A DNA stretch of 64,000 nucleotides from an uncultured Thalassolituus sp. (GTDB taxonomy: Bacteria > Pseudomonadota > Gammaproteobacteria > Pseudomonadales > Oceanobacteraceae): contig CAJXUK010000015.1 in the NCBI GenBank assembly GCA_913061435.1, positions 324 through 64,323 of the forward strand, given 5' to 3'. A model generated the notes under the pieces. That model saw only the letters and a program-made list of their open reading frames with translations, did no database searches and was not told the DNA's origin. Made by a program: the position numbers and the translations under genes. This document shows, in pieces, positions 10,386-22,110 of the stretch; within the stretch, counting starts at the first letter, position 1, and each line of letters begins with the position of its first letter.

Positions 10386-12113
10386 TTAGTTATCTGCGTT
10401 CTCAATTTGCTTAGTGATGACATACTGCTGAGAGATCGACAGTAAGTTGTTCACTACCCAGTAAAGCACAAGGCCCGATGGGAAGAACAAGAAGAATACC
10501 GTGAAAATAACAGGCATCAACTTCATAACACGAGCTTGCACAGGATCTGGAGGCGTCGGGTTCAACTGCATCTGAACAAACATACTCGCACCCATTAATA
10601 AAGGTAATACGAAGTAAGGATCAATTGCCGACAAATCGTCAATCCATAAGAAAAACGGGGCTTGGCGCAACTCAACACTTTCTGCAAGTACCCAATACAA
10701 GGCAATAAATACTGGCATCTGTACAAGAATAGGTAAGCAACCACCAAGAGGATTGATCTTCTCTTTCTTATACAAGGCCATCATTTCTTGGCCTAGCTTT
10801 TCTTTATTATCACCGTACTTTTCACGAATCGATGCAAGCTTAGGAGCAACTTTTCGCATATTCGCCATGGAGCGATAGCTGGTTGCAGACAATTTGAAGA
10901 AGGCTAGCTTAATCAGAACCGTTAACAAAATGATCGCTACACCCCAGTTACCTACACCAGCGCCTAGGTCAATTTCTACCATGCCTAAAAAGTTAATATA
11001 GCCAGACTCAATGAAATTCATCACCGCAAACAAGGGTTGAGCAATCCACCATAACCAACCGTAATCTACGGTTAAGTCTAGATTTTCAGCAACATCGGCT
11101 AAAACATATTGTGATTTAGGGCCAACATATAATTTAGCACCCACCGAACCTGTGCCACCGGCCTCAACCTGTAGAGGTGTTTTGCCATCATGGAAACCAA
11201 CTATATATTCACCCTGTTTATTAGGTTTGGCATAAACCGAATGAGTGGTGTCTGGGTCAGCAACCCAAGCCGATACGAAGTAGTGTTGCAACATAGCAAC
11301 CCAACCACCGTCAACAGATTCTGAGAAACGTTTGTCATCAATATCATCGAAGCTGATTTTTTCATACTTAGATAGATTGGTGGTAATTGCAGGCCCTAAA
11401 TACGCCTGCATTCCCATAGAGCTGCCTTGTTGTGGATCTTCGCTGCGGTCACGTTTTAACTGAGCAAAGAAAACACCACGCCATTGGTTATCTGTACCGT
11501 TAGCAATTTGATAATTAACATCGATTAAGTAGTTGTTACGCTGAAAAGTGAATACTTTTTTAACTTCAACGCCATCTAACTGAGTGAATAACTCTACAAC
11601 TAAGGAATCAGCAGATTCATCTAATTGATAATTAACCTGAGAAGTAGAATAAGGCTGCGTTTTTTCCCATTGCTTGCCTTTAGCATCTAACAAACCACTT
11701 TGTGCAACATAGACTCGACGGGCATTGTTTTCCATTAAGACAAATGGAATGTCTTTATTACTGATGTCTGCAGGATAAGCCGGCAAAGACACTTCAACAA
11801 TTTCACCACCAAATGGATTAATTGTTACGTTTAAAACGTCGGTCTTCACTTGTATTAATTGAGTACTAACAGCAGCTTTAACTTCAGGTTCAGCAGCAGG
11901 TATGACATTGGGAATGTCGCTATCATTAGCTGAAGTACTGTCTGCAGTTATGCTGTCATTCGCCATGGGTGAATCACCCATTTCAATTGCAGTATTTTGT
12001 GCAATAGGCGCGTTAGCAGCCGTGTCTTGACCGTAATCGTCATTCCACGCAAGAATTAAAAAATAAGTTGAAATAGCCAGGCCAAATATTATGGCAAAAC
12101 GGCGGATATCCAT
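10386..12113 (-). CDS. yidC: Membrane protein insertase YidC
   Basis: GNWGVAIILLT, NPLGGCLPILVQMPVF, GLVLYWVVNN. Confidence 0.98.
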   Translation of the reverse strand: MDIRRFAIIFGLAISTYFLILAWNDDYGQDTAANAPIAQNTAIEMGDSPMANDSITADSTSANDSDIPNVIPAAEPEVKAAVSTQLIQVKTDVLNVTINPFGGEIVEVSLPAYPADISNKDIPFVLMENNARRVYVAQSGLLDAKGKQWEKTQPYSTSQVNYQLDESADSLVVELFTQLDGVEVKKVFTFQRNNYLIDVNYQIANGTDNQWRGVFFAQLKRDRSEDPQQGSSMGMQAYLGPAITTNLSKYEKISFDDIDDKRFSESVDGGWVAMLQHYFVSAWVADPDTTHSVYAKPNKQGEYIVGFHDGKTPLQVEAGGTGSVGAKLYVGPKSQYVLADVAENLDLTVDYGWLWWIAQPLFAVMNFIESGYINFLGMVEIDLGAGVGNWGVAIILLTVLIKLAFFKLSATSYRSMANMRKVAPKLASIREKYGDNKEKLGQEMMALYKKEKINPLGGCLPILVQMPVFIALYWVLAESVELRQAPFFLWIDDLSAIDPYFVLPLLMGASMFVQMQLNPTPPDPVQARVMKLMPVIFTVFFLFFPSGLVLYWVVNNLLSISQQYVITKQIENADN

Positions 12114-12115
12114 GA

Positions 12116-12364
12116 TTAAGGGTTCCGTCTACAGCATGAGTGGGAAGGGTTAAGATCAGGTACAGGGTCGACACCATGACTTGCCCAAGGATGGCAACGC
12201 AAAATGCGTTTCATGGCCAGCTTTCCGCCAGTCAAAGCACCATATCGTACAATTGCCTCGTGCGCGTACGCAGAGCATGTAGGATAATAACGGCATCGGC
12301 TGGGAAATAAAGGACTGATTGCGTAACGGTAGAAATTAACAGGTAATAAAAGTAATTTTGCCAT
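12116..12364 (-). CDS. yidD: Membrane protein insertion efficiency factor YidD
   Basis: YRYAISP..CRYYPTCS.YA.EAI...RILRCHPW..G.DPVP. Likely start MAKLLL at 12364. Confidence 0.93.
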   Translation of the reverse strand: MAKLLLLPVNFYRYAISPLFPSRCRYYPTCSAYAHEAIVRYGALTGGKLAMKRILRCHPWASHGVDPVPDLNPSHSCCRRNP

Positions 12365-12383
12365 GAAAGACACAGCTTTTGGC

Positions 12384-12767
12384 TTATTTTCTTTTATTTT
12401 TGTTGGGTCGTTTACCATTAGATTGCCTCAGCTTGAACCAGAGACCATCAATCATCTCACGTATTTCGCCGTTCTCAAGATCAGAGATCCCAGGACGAGC
12501 TAAAATTACAAAATCATTGTTAGCCATTTTATGCTGATTCAGGCGAAAAGACTCACGAATAATACGCTTTATACGATTTCTCTGAACAGCATGTTTAACA
12601 TGCTTCTTAGCTATAACAAAGCCTAAGCGAGATACGTCGTTTTTATTCGGAGTAGCCAGAATCAAAAGGTATCGATTACTGGCCTTAAACTCAGTGTTAT
12701 TAAATACTTGGGAGAAATCCCCAGGGCTCAATAAGCGAACGGATCTAGGGAATTCAAAAGTATTCAT
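12384..12767 (-). CDS. rnpA: RNase P protein component
   Basis: RLGFVIAKKHVKHAVQRNRIKRIIRESFR (RNR motif). Confidence 0.97.
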   Translation of the reverse strand: MNTFEFPRSVRLLSPGDFSQVFNNTEFKASNRYLLILATPNKNDVSRLGFVIAKKHVKHAVQRNRIKRIIRESFRLNQHKMANNDFVILARPGISDLENGEIREMIDGLWFKLRQSNGKRPNKNKRK

Positions 12768-12785
12768 ACACTGATTAAAGCGTTA

Positions 12786-12920
12786 TTAAGCTGATAAGCT
12801 TTTACGGCCTTTAGAACGACGAGCAGAAATAATCTGACGACCGCTTTTAGTAGCCATACGGGCACGGAAACCGTGGTTACGCTTACGTTTTAGAACGCTT
12901 GGTTGAAATGTACGTTTCAT
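12786..12920 (-). CDS. rpmH: 50S ribosomal protein L34
   Basis: Below the track cutoff. Translates [44 protein letters not shown]. Confidence 0.98.
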   Translation of the reverse strand: MKRTFQPSVLKRKRNHGFRARMATKSGRQIISARRSKGRKSLSA

Positions 12921-12981
12921 AGCAATTACTCATCTAATTCACACAATGTGTGGATTTAGGGGTTTAAAAATTAGGGACGAG

Positions 12982-13010
12982 ATTGTATTGAAATTATTTG
13001 TATTAAGCAA
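12982..13010 (-). promoter_or_regulatory. sigma70 promoter of rpmH operon
   Basis: TTGCTT, 17-bp spacer, TACAAT on the minus strand. Confidence 0.6.
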
Positions 13011-13019
13011 TGGCGAATC

Positions 13020-13430
13020 TGTATTTATTTTAATCACCTGGGATGCAAGTAAATCCAAGTTTTAATTTGTTGTTATTCACTTTCTTATAAAATATTAAAT
13101 TAAGAATATGTATTTATGTATGTAAGTAATGTTTATTTATTCTTATTACTACTATTAGATAAACTAAAATCTGTTGATAACCAAATAAAACCCTTTAAAA
13201 TCAATAATATACAGAAAGTGTAACTCATGTTTTGTTTGCGTTTAACCTGAGTATGAGTACTCTAATAACCAGTGGATAACTCGCGACTTTTACACAAGGT
13301 GATTTTTAGGGTTTTATTTGTACACATTCCATTTTCTACTCTTAAGAGGTTATCCACATCGTTATTATACCTTTTAATAGGCGTTTACGGTGTTATATGT
13401 GGATAACTTTAATGCATTTAGGTTAGAATG
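13020..13430. other. Probable chromosomal origin oriC (rpmH-dnaA intergenic)
   Basis: Very AT-rich tract about 13060-13170. Consensus DnaA boxes at 13288-13296, 13350-13358, 13398-13406; near-matches at 13172-13180, 13271-13279, 13317-13325. No GATC. The box at 13398 overlaps the -35 position for a TAGAAT -10 (13424-13429) of dnaA. Confidence 0.8.
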
Positions 13431-13475
13431 CTGTCTTATTAAATAAGTAACAATTTTATTATGGGATGCTGTTAG

Positions 13476-15032
13476 GTGGCTGAGGCGCTCTGGAATCGCT
13501 GTTTGGATTATTTACAAGATGAATTGCCTTCACAGCAATACAATACTTGGATTCGTCCTCTACAAATAGAAGTAGATGGGGAAGGCCTGCTGCTGCGTGC
13601 ACCAAACCGGTTTGTTAAAGATTGGGTTAAAGATAAGTACCTTCACCGTATCCACGAAATTATTTGTGAAATCAATGATGGGCAATTAATCCAAGTTGAT
13701 ATTGCTATTGGTGCTAAAGCTGCGGCTAGCAGCAACATTGCGCCATTACCTAAAACAGCACCAAAACCCAAAATGCCGCCCTTACCTACAACTAAACCAG
13801 TTATTGGTAATACATCAAGACCCCCTTCATTTATTGATGAAGATTTAAATGAAGACGCTAACGCACCCTTGCAAGGTTCTTTAGATATAGAACAAGCAAC
13901 AATTCCAGTTAGCCAACCCAACTTTGCACTAACACGTAGAGATGTTATTCAGCCAAATACTACTGCGCCATCTGGCCGTCGTGAAGTTCAAGTTGAAGGT
14001 GGAATACAGCATCAAAGTTTCCTCAATAAAACTTTCACGTTTGATACTTTTGTAGAGGGTAAGTCTAACCAACTAGCCCATGCCGCAGCGCAGCAAGTTG
14101 CAGAAAATGCAGGTGGTTCTTACAACCCACTATTTATATACGGTGGTGTAGGATTAGGTAAAACGCATTTAATGCATGCGGTTGGCAACCATTTACAACA
14201 AAAAGACAGTAGTGCGCAGGTCCTGTATGTGCACTCAGAGCGTTTTGTGCAAGATATGGTGAAAGCACTACAATTAAATGCTATTAATGAATTTAAACGT
14301 TTCTATCGCAGCCTAGATGCTTTATTAATTGATGACATTCAATTTTTTGCCGGTAAAGAACGTTCGCAAGAAGAGTTTTTTCACACCTTTAATGCTTTGT
14401 TAGAAGGTGGCCAACAAATGATTTTAACGTGTGATCGTTATCCGCGTGAAATTAATGGTTTAGAAGAACGTCTAAAAAGTCGCTTTGGTTGGGGTTTAAC
14501 CGTTGCAGTTGAACCGCCTGAGTTAGAAACTCGAGTGGCAATATTATTGAAAAAAGCGCAGCAAGCTAATGTAGAATTACCTGACGACGCTGCTTTTTTT
14601 ATTGCACAAAAAATACGTTCTAATGTTCGTGAATTAGAAGGTGCATTAAAACGAGTGATTGCTAACTCGCATTTCACGGGAAGTAAAATTACACTACCCT
14701 TTATTAAAGAGTCTCTGAAAGATTTACTTGCTTTACAAGATAGACAGGTAAGTATTGATAATATCCAGAGAACTGTTGCAGAATACTATAAATTGAAGCT
14801 TTCAGACTTGTTATCTAAAAGACGTACACGCTCTATAGCGCGTCCTAGACAAGTCGCAATGGCATTAAGTAAAGAATTAACCAACCATAGCTTGCCAGAA
14901 ATTGGTGAAGCTTTTGGTGGCCGCGATCATACGACAGTTCTACACGGTTGTCGTAAGGTAAAAGAATTACAAGAAACTATGGCAGACATTAGGGAAGACT
15001 ACAAAAACCTAATGCGCTCACTAACAACCTAG
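13476..15032 (+). CDS. dnaA: Chromosomal replication initiator DnaA
   Basis: [39 protein letters not shown]. Confidence 0.99.
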   Translation: MAEALWNRCLDYLQDELPSQQYNTWIRPLQIEVDGEGLLLRAPNRFVKDWVKDKYLHRIHEIICEINDGQLIQVDIAIGAKAAASSNIAPLPKTAPKPKMPPLPTTKPVIGNTSRPPSFIDEDLNEDANAPLQGSLDIEQATIPVSQPNFALTRRDVIQPNTTAPSGRREVQVEGGIQHQSFLNKTFTFDTFVEGKSNQLAHAAAQQVAENAGGSYNPLFIYGGVGLGKTHLMHAVGNHLQQKDSSAQVLYVHSERFVQDMVKALQLNAINEFKRFYRSLDALLIDDIQFFAGKERSQEEFFHTFNALLEGGQQMILTCDRYPREINGLEERLKSRFGWGLTVAVEPPELETRVAILLKKAQQANVELPDDAAFFIAQKIRSNVRELEGALKRVIANSHFTGSKITLPFIKESLKDLLALQDRQVSIDNIQRTVAEYYKLKLSDLLSKRRTRSIARPRQVAMALSKELTNHSLPEIGEAFGGRDHTTVLHGCRKVKELQETMADIREDYKNLMRSLTT

Positions 15033-15051
15033 ATGGGTAAAGTGGAGAAAC

Positions 15052-16152
15052 ATGAAGTTCGTAATTTCTAGGGAAGCACTACTGCGCCCATTACAACTTG
15101 TTGCTGGTGTTGTTGAAAAACGCCAAACCTTACCAGTATTGTCTAATATTTTATTGGACATAAAAGGACAGCAATTATCATTAACAGGTACCGACCTTGA
15201 GGTTGAGCTTGTTGGCCGTGTAACTTTGGAAGAAGTTGCAATGGAAGGTGAAATTACCGTACCTGGTAAAAAGCTAATGGATATTGTCCGTTCACTGCCA
15301 GATGGGGCTATGATTGACTTTGAACAAGATGATCAGCGCATTATAGTTCGCTCTGGTCGATCTCGTTTTACCCTATCAAGCTTACCGGCTACGGATTTCC
15401 CAAATATCGAAGACATTGAGGGTGAGCAACCTTTCACTGTTGAGCAAGCTAAATTACGTCGAGTAATAGATCGTGTTGCTTTTGCTATGGCGCAACAAGA
15501 TGTTCGTTATTATCTAAATGGTATGTTGTTAGAAGTTAATGCTTCTTCTTTACGTTCGGTTGCTACAGACGGCCACCGTTTAGCAACGTGTATTGTTGAT
15601 GCTAGTGGGCCTGAAACCCAACTACAACTAATTGTGCCGCGTAAAGGTATCCTTGAGTTAAGTAAGTTACTGACAGAGCCAGAAGATAGTGTAACGCTTC
15701 TTTTAAGCCCAAATCATATTCGTGCTGAAACCGGTGATTTTACGTTTACCTCCAAACTGGTAGACGGTAAATTCCCTGATTATGGCCGCGTTATTCCTAA
15801 AAACGGTAATAAGGTAATTTTTGCTGATCGCCAAGAGCTTCGCCAAGTTTTTGCACGTACTGCTATTTTATCAAACGAAAAATATCGTGGTGTTCGTGTT
15901 GTGCTTAGCTCAGGTAATTTGCAAGTTTTTGCCAACAACCCAGAGCAAGAAGAAGCTGAAGAATCCATCGCTGTTGATTACGAAGGCGATACTTTAGAAG
16001 TCGGTTTTAACGTAAGTTATTTGCAAGATGTATTGGGCGTTATTAATAGCGATCAAGCTAAAATCACCCTATCGGATGCAAACAGCAGTGCGTTATTAGA
16101 AGAAGCAGAAAATAGCGATGCGTTATATGTCGTTATGCCAATGCGTTTATAA
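15052..16152 (+). CDS. dnaN: DNA polymerase III beta clamp
   Basis: LTGTDLEVE, ATDGHRL, C-terminal YVVMPMRL. Confidence 0.99.
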   Translation: MKFVISREALLRPLQLVAGVVEKRQTLPVLSNILLDIKGQQLSLTGTDLEVELVGRVTLEEVAMEGEITVPGKKLMDIVRSLPDGAMIDFEQDDQRIIVRSGRSRFTLSSLPATDFPNIEDIEGEQPFTVEQAKLRRVIDRVAFAMAQQDVRYYLNGMLLEVNASSLRSVATDGHRLATCIVDASGPETQLQLIVPRKGILELSKLLTEPEDSVTLLLSPNHIRAETGDFTFTSKLVDGKFPDYGRVIPKNGNKVIFADRQELRQVFARTAILSNEKYRGVRVVLSSGNLQVFANNPEQEEAEESIAVDYEGDTLEVGFNVSYLQDVLGVINSDQAKITLSDANSSALLEEAENSDALYVVMPMRL

Positions 16153-16186
16153 CCGTTAAACCCTTTCTTCTGATGGCAATTTTTTT

Positions 16187-17284
16187 ATGCCAATAAAGCG
16201 TTTGCAAATTAGTGGTGTACGTAACTTACAGCCACTCTCTTTAACCCCCTCTTTGGGGGTTAATTTTATCTATGGCGAAAATGGTAGTGGTAAAAGCAGT
16301 TTGCTTGAAGCCCTCTATATTCTTGCTAATGGTAAATCTTTCCGACACCACCTTTTAAAACCTGTTATCCAACATAGTATGGATACCTGCGTGTTGTTTT
16401 CTGAAATTGATGATAATCGTATGGGCACAGCTCGCTTAGGGGTTCAACGTAGCCGTAATGGCGAAAAAGCAATTAAGCTCAATGGCGAAGCATTACAATC
16501 ACAAGCAGAAGCTTCTGCTTGGTTGCCAGTGCAAATCATTGAACCTAACACTTTCAAATTACTTTCTGGTTCACCTCAAGAGCGTCGTCAATTTATCGAT
16601 TGGGGAGTGTTCCACGTGGAACATTCTTTTTTGAATCAGTGGCGTGAATTCAAAAAACTACTACTACAAAGAAATGCTGTTTTAAAGAAAGGAGAGCCGG
16701 ACTGGTTGGATGTATGGGACAAAGGATTTGTAAAAGCGGCAAATGCTGTAAACGTAGCAAGGAAAGCGTATATAGAGCGATTACTGCCTGTATTTGAGCA
16801 TACTTTAAGTCGATTAGATGATAATCTAGACATCCAATTAAGCTTCTATCCTGGCTGGGAAAGAAACTCAGATTTAATTGAAATATTAGATAAGCAGCGC
16901 GATCGAGATATACAAATTGGGCATACTCAGTCAGGCCCTCAGCGTGCTGAATTACGCATTAAAACGAATGGTATTAATGCAGCTGATGTTTTATCTAGAG
17001 GTCAACAAAAAGCGGTTGTTGCAGCCCTTAAGTTATCTCAAGGTTTGTTATTTCAGCAAGAAACAGAAAGAAGCACAATTTATTTAGTCGATGATTTAGC
17101 GTCTGAACTCGATGAAACCCATCGTTTTGCTTTATGTCAGCTATTAGAAGATTTAAAATGTCAGGTTTTTATTACTAGTATTGAACACAACAGTATTAGT
17201 GATCAATGGAAACCAAAAGGCAGTAAAATGTTCCACGTGGAACATGGTAATATTACAGATACAACAAATACAGAAAATGAGTGA
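16187..17284 (+). CDS. recF: DNA replication/repair protein RecF
   Basis: GENGSGKSS, LSRGQQK, LVDDLASELD. Confidence 0.97.
   Translation: MPIKRLQISGVRNLQPLSLTPSLGVNFIYGENGSGKSSLLEALYILANGKSFRHHLLKPVIQHSMDTCVLFSEIDDNRMGTARLGVQRSRNGEKAIKLNGEALQSQAEASAWLPVQIIEPNTFKLLSGSPQERRQFIDWGVFHVEHSFLNQWREFKKLLLQRNAVLKKGEPDWLDVWDKGFVKAANAVNVARKAYIERLLPVFEHTLSRLDDNLDIQLSFYPGWERNSDLIEILDKQRDRDIQIGHTQSGPQRAELRIKTNGINAADVLSRGQQKAVVAALKLSQGLLFQQETERSTIYLVDDLASELDETHRFALCQLLEDLKCQVFITSIEHNSISDQWKPKGSKMFHVEHGNITDTTNTENE
16608..16623. promoter_or_regulatory. parS centromere site
   Basis: Perfect palindrome TGTTCCACGTGGAACA inside recF. Confidence 0.92.
17229..17244. promoter_or_regulatory. parS centromere site
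   Basis: Perfect palindrome TGTTCCACGTGGAACA near the recF 3' end. Confidence 0.92.
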
Positions 17285-17366
17285 ATATTCGATAAAAACC
17301 TTATCGAATATTTATTGGTAAAAATAATAAAACAGAATTTTACGCGATCCAGTGCGCAAGCATTGA

Positions 17367-19817
<2,451 letters not shown>

Positions 19818-19866
19818 AGCAGTAAAAGATTTTGATAGTTTAAATACAATTCAAGAAAGCATAAAA

Positions 19867-19902
19867 AGAGAGAAGTACCAGCAATGGGCTTCTCTTTTTT
19901 TT
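19867..19902 (+). terminator. Intrinsic terminator after gyrB
   Basis: AGAGAAG..CCA-GCAA-TGG..CTTCTCT followed by a T7 tract. Confidence 0.75.
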
Positions 19903-20035
19903 GCTTAAAACTCAGGCTGTCACTTATAGCAAAATCCAACAGAAAATAACCTTTTTAATTAAAGCTGTGGTATCTTGCGCGCAAATAACTAAATGGTCAG
20001 CTTTTGATCACTCAGCTAAATAAAGAAGGTCTTAT

Positions 20036-21376
20036 ATGAATGCAGTTTTAATAGCCGTAACATTAATGTTAGTACTCAGTGTGGCGCGCTTACACGTTAT
20101 GCTTTCTATGATAGTTGCTGCCTTTGTGGGTGGTTGGATCGCAGGTATGGACGTTGATACAACGTTAAAAGCATTTAACACAGGTATTGGCGGCGGTGCA
20201 GGCATTGCATTAAGTTATGCCCTATTAGGTGGTTTTGCCGTTGCTATTTCATTATCTGGATTGCCTCATTTATTGGCAAAAAAAATCTTAGCAGTGATTG
20301 GTGATAATGATAACCCGTCAGAAAAAAGCACATTTTGGTTACGCAATGCTCTGCTTATTGGCCTGATGCTAGTTGCGGTTAGTTCACAAAATATCATTCC
20401 TATTCACATCGCATTTATTCCTATTTTAGTTCCTCCTCTATTGTTAGTAATGGCTCGCTTACAGTTAGACCGCCGTCTGGTGGCGTGTGTATTAACTTTT
20501 GGCCTAGTAACGCCTTATATGTTTTTACCGATTGGCTTTGGTAATATCTATTTAAATAATATCCTTTTGTCTAATGTAGGCAGTGCTGGCATTGAAACCG
20601 AAGGGTTATCAGTAATGTCTGCAATGGCTATCCCTGCATTAGGTATGTTGATCGGTCTGCTGATTGCTGCTTTGTTTACTTACCGTAAGCCTCGTCAATA
20701 TAAAGCGCCGAGCGATCAAAACAGTGTGAATCAGGCACCTTCTAACAATCAAGAATACAGTGCAAAATCTTTGTGGGTTGCGGGTGCCGCGATCGTTTTA
20801 GCGTTTGTGGTGCAGCTATACTTGGGCTCAATGGTATTGGGCGCAATGGCGGGTTTCTTATTGTTTTCGGCAACGGGTGTTATTCATTGGCGCGAGTCGG
20901 ATGGAGTATTGGTAGATGGTATGAAAATGATGGCGTCGATTGGCTTTATTATGATCGCAGCGTCGGGTTTTTCAGAAGTAATTAAAACCACTGGCCACAT
21001 AGACAGTCTGGTTAACGGCGCATCTGATTGGTTGGGTGACAACAAAGGTCTGGCAGCGTTCTTATTATTAGTAGTGGGATTGGTACTCACTATGGGGATT
21101 GGCTCGTCGTTTTCGACCATTCCAATTATTGCAGCGATTTATGTGCCTTTGTGTATTCAGTTAGGATTTAGCCCACTGGCGATTGTGGCGTTAGTAGGAA
21201 CAGCGGGCGCATTAGGTGATGCAGGCTCTCCTGCTTCAGACTCTACTTTAGGGCCAACAGCAGGCTTGAACGCCGATGGTCAGCACAACCATATGAGCGA
21301 TACGGTTATCCCAACCTTTTTGCACTTCAACCTACCGTTATTGGCGGCAGGTTGGGTTGCGGCGATGGTATTGTAA
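20036..21376 (+). CDS. Na+/H+ antiporter NhaC-like (YuiF-type) transporter
   Basis: Polytopic membrane protein with QNIIPIHIAFIP, MGIGSSFSTIPII, GDAGSPASDSTLGPT. Confidence 0.8.
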   Translation: MNAVLIAVTLMLVLSVARLHVMLSMIVAAFVGGWIAGMDVDTTLKAFNTGIGGGAGIALSYALLGGFAVAISLSGLPHLLAKKILAVIGDNDNPSEKSTFWLRNALLIGLMLVAVSSQNIIPIHIAFIPILVPPLLLVMARLQLDRRLVACVLTFGLVTPYMFLPIGFGNIYLNNILLSNVGSAGIETEGLSVMSAMAIPALGMLIGLLIAALFTYRKPRQYKAPSDQNSVNQAPSNNQEYSAKSLWVAGAAIVLAFVVQLYLGSMVLGAMAGFLLFSATGVIHWRESDGVLVDGMKMMASIGFIMIAASGFSEVIKTTGHIDSLVNGASDWLGDNKGLAAFLLLVVGLVLTMGIGSSFSTIPIIAAIYVPLCIQLGFSPLAIVALVGTAGALGDAGSPASDSTLGPTAGLNADGQHNHMSDTVIPTFLHFNLPLLAAGWVAAMVL

Positions 21377-21412
21377 TTATAAAAGTGTTGTAAGCAAAAA
21401 ATTAAAAGAATT

Positions 21413-21970
21413 CTAAGCGGTTAGAATTCTTCTGGCAAAATGAGCAAGGTCGGTATACACCGGCGCTTGCTTAATTTCTGCTTCAACTTCTGTTGTAAGC
21501 ATCTTCAATAATGTCTTCTCCCCCTTCCCCGTCATCACTAATACCGGTTTGCAACCCTTGGTTAAACCAGCTTGTAAATCGCGTAATGAATCGCCAATAA
21601 AGAATGCTCCGCCGGCGCTGATGCCGAGTTCCTGTTCTATCTGATCAACAAGGCCAGGTAAAGGTTTGCGGCAATCACAGCCATCGTCAGGGCCGTGTGG
21701 GCAGTATTTAATCGTGGCGATCTTACCGCCGGCTGCTTCAACGAGTGAATTTAAACGGTCGTGCATGGCGTCTAAATCATCAACTGTAAAATAACCACGC
21801 GCTAAACCACTTTGGTTTGTCGCAATGGCGATGGTGTAACCGGCTTTGGATAAATCAGCAATCGCTTCGCAACTGCCTGCAAGCGGAATCCATTCTTCTA
21901 GGCTTTTAACATAGTCGTCGGAGTCTTGGTTAATCACGCCGTCGCGGTCGAGAATAATAAGTTTGCTCAT
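21413..21970 (-). CDS. gmhB: D-glycero-D-manno-heptose-1,7-bisphosphate 7-phosphatase
   Basis: HAD motif LDRDGVIN, ATNQSG, CPHGPDDGCDCRKP, GDSLRD. Confidence 0.92.
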   Translation of the reverse strand: MSKLIILDRDGVINQDSDDYVKSLEEWIPLAGSCEAIADLSKAGYTIAIATNQSGLARGYFTVDDLDAMHDRLNSLVEAAGGKIATIKYCPHGPDDGCDCRKPLPGLVDQIEQELGISAGGAFFIGDSLRDLQAGLTKGCKPVLVMTGKGEKTLLKMLTTEVEAEIKQAPVYTDLAHFARRILTA

Positions 21971-22038
21971 AGTGTTATTACTTGTAATAAAAATTGAAAA
22001 TTAAAAACTTTTTTAAATAAATAAAAAATTTTTGTATA

Positions 22039-22076
22039 AAAAAGCCCCCAGTAGTTTTTACTATTGGAGGCTTTTT
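22039..22076 (-). terminator. Intrinsic terminator after glyS
   Basis: AAAAAGCCCCCAGTAG / CTATTGGAGGCTTTTT imperfect hairpin flanked by A/T tracts. Confidence 0.7.
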
Positions 22077-22110
22077 GACTTTAAAACGAAATTAAATGCA
22101 CAGACTAAAA

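Noticed and set aside
13143-13157. TTA TTA CTA CTA TTA run resembling DnaA-trios
   Set aside because: Its orientation relative to the nearest DnaA-box-like site (13172-13180) is opposite to the Bacillus box-trio arrangement, and the region is very AT-rich.
13740-13990. Long Pro-rich DnaA domain II
   Set aside because: Domain II is known to be a variable linker.
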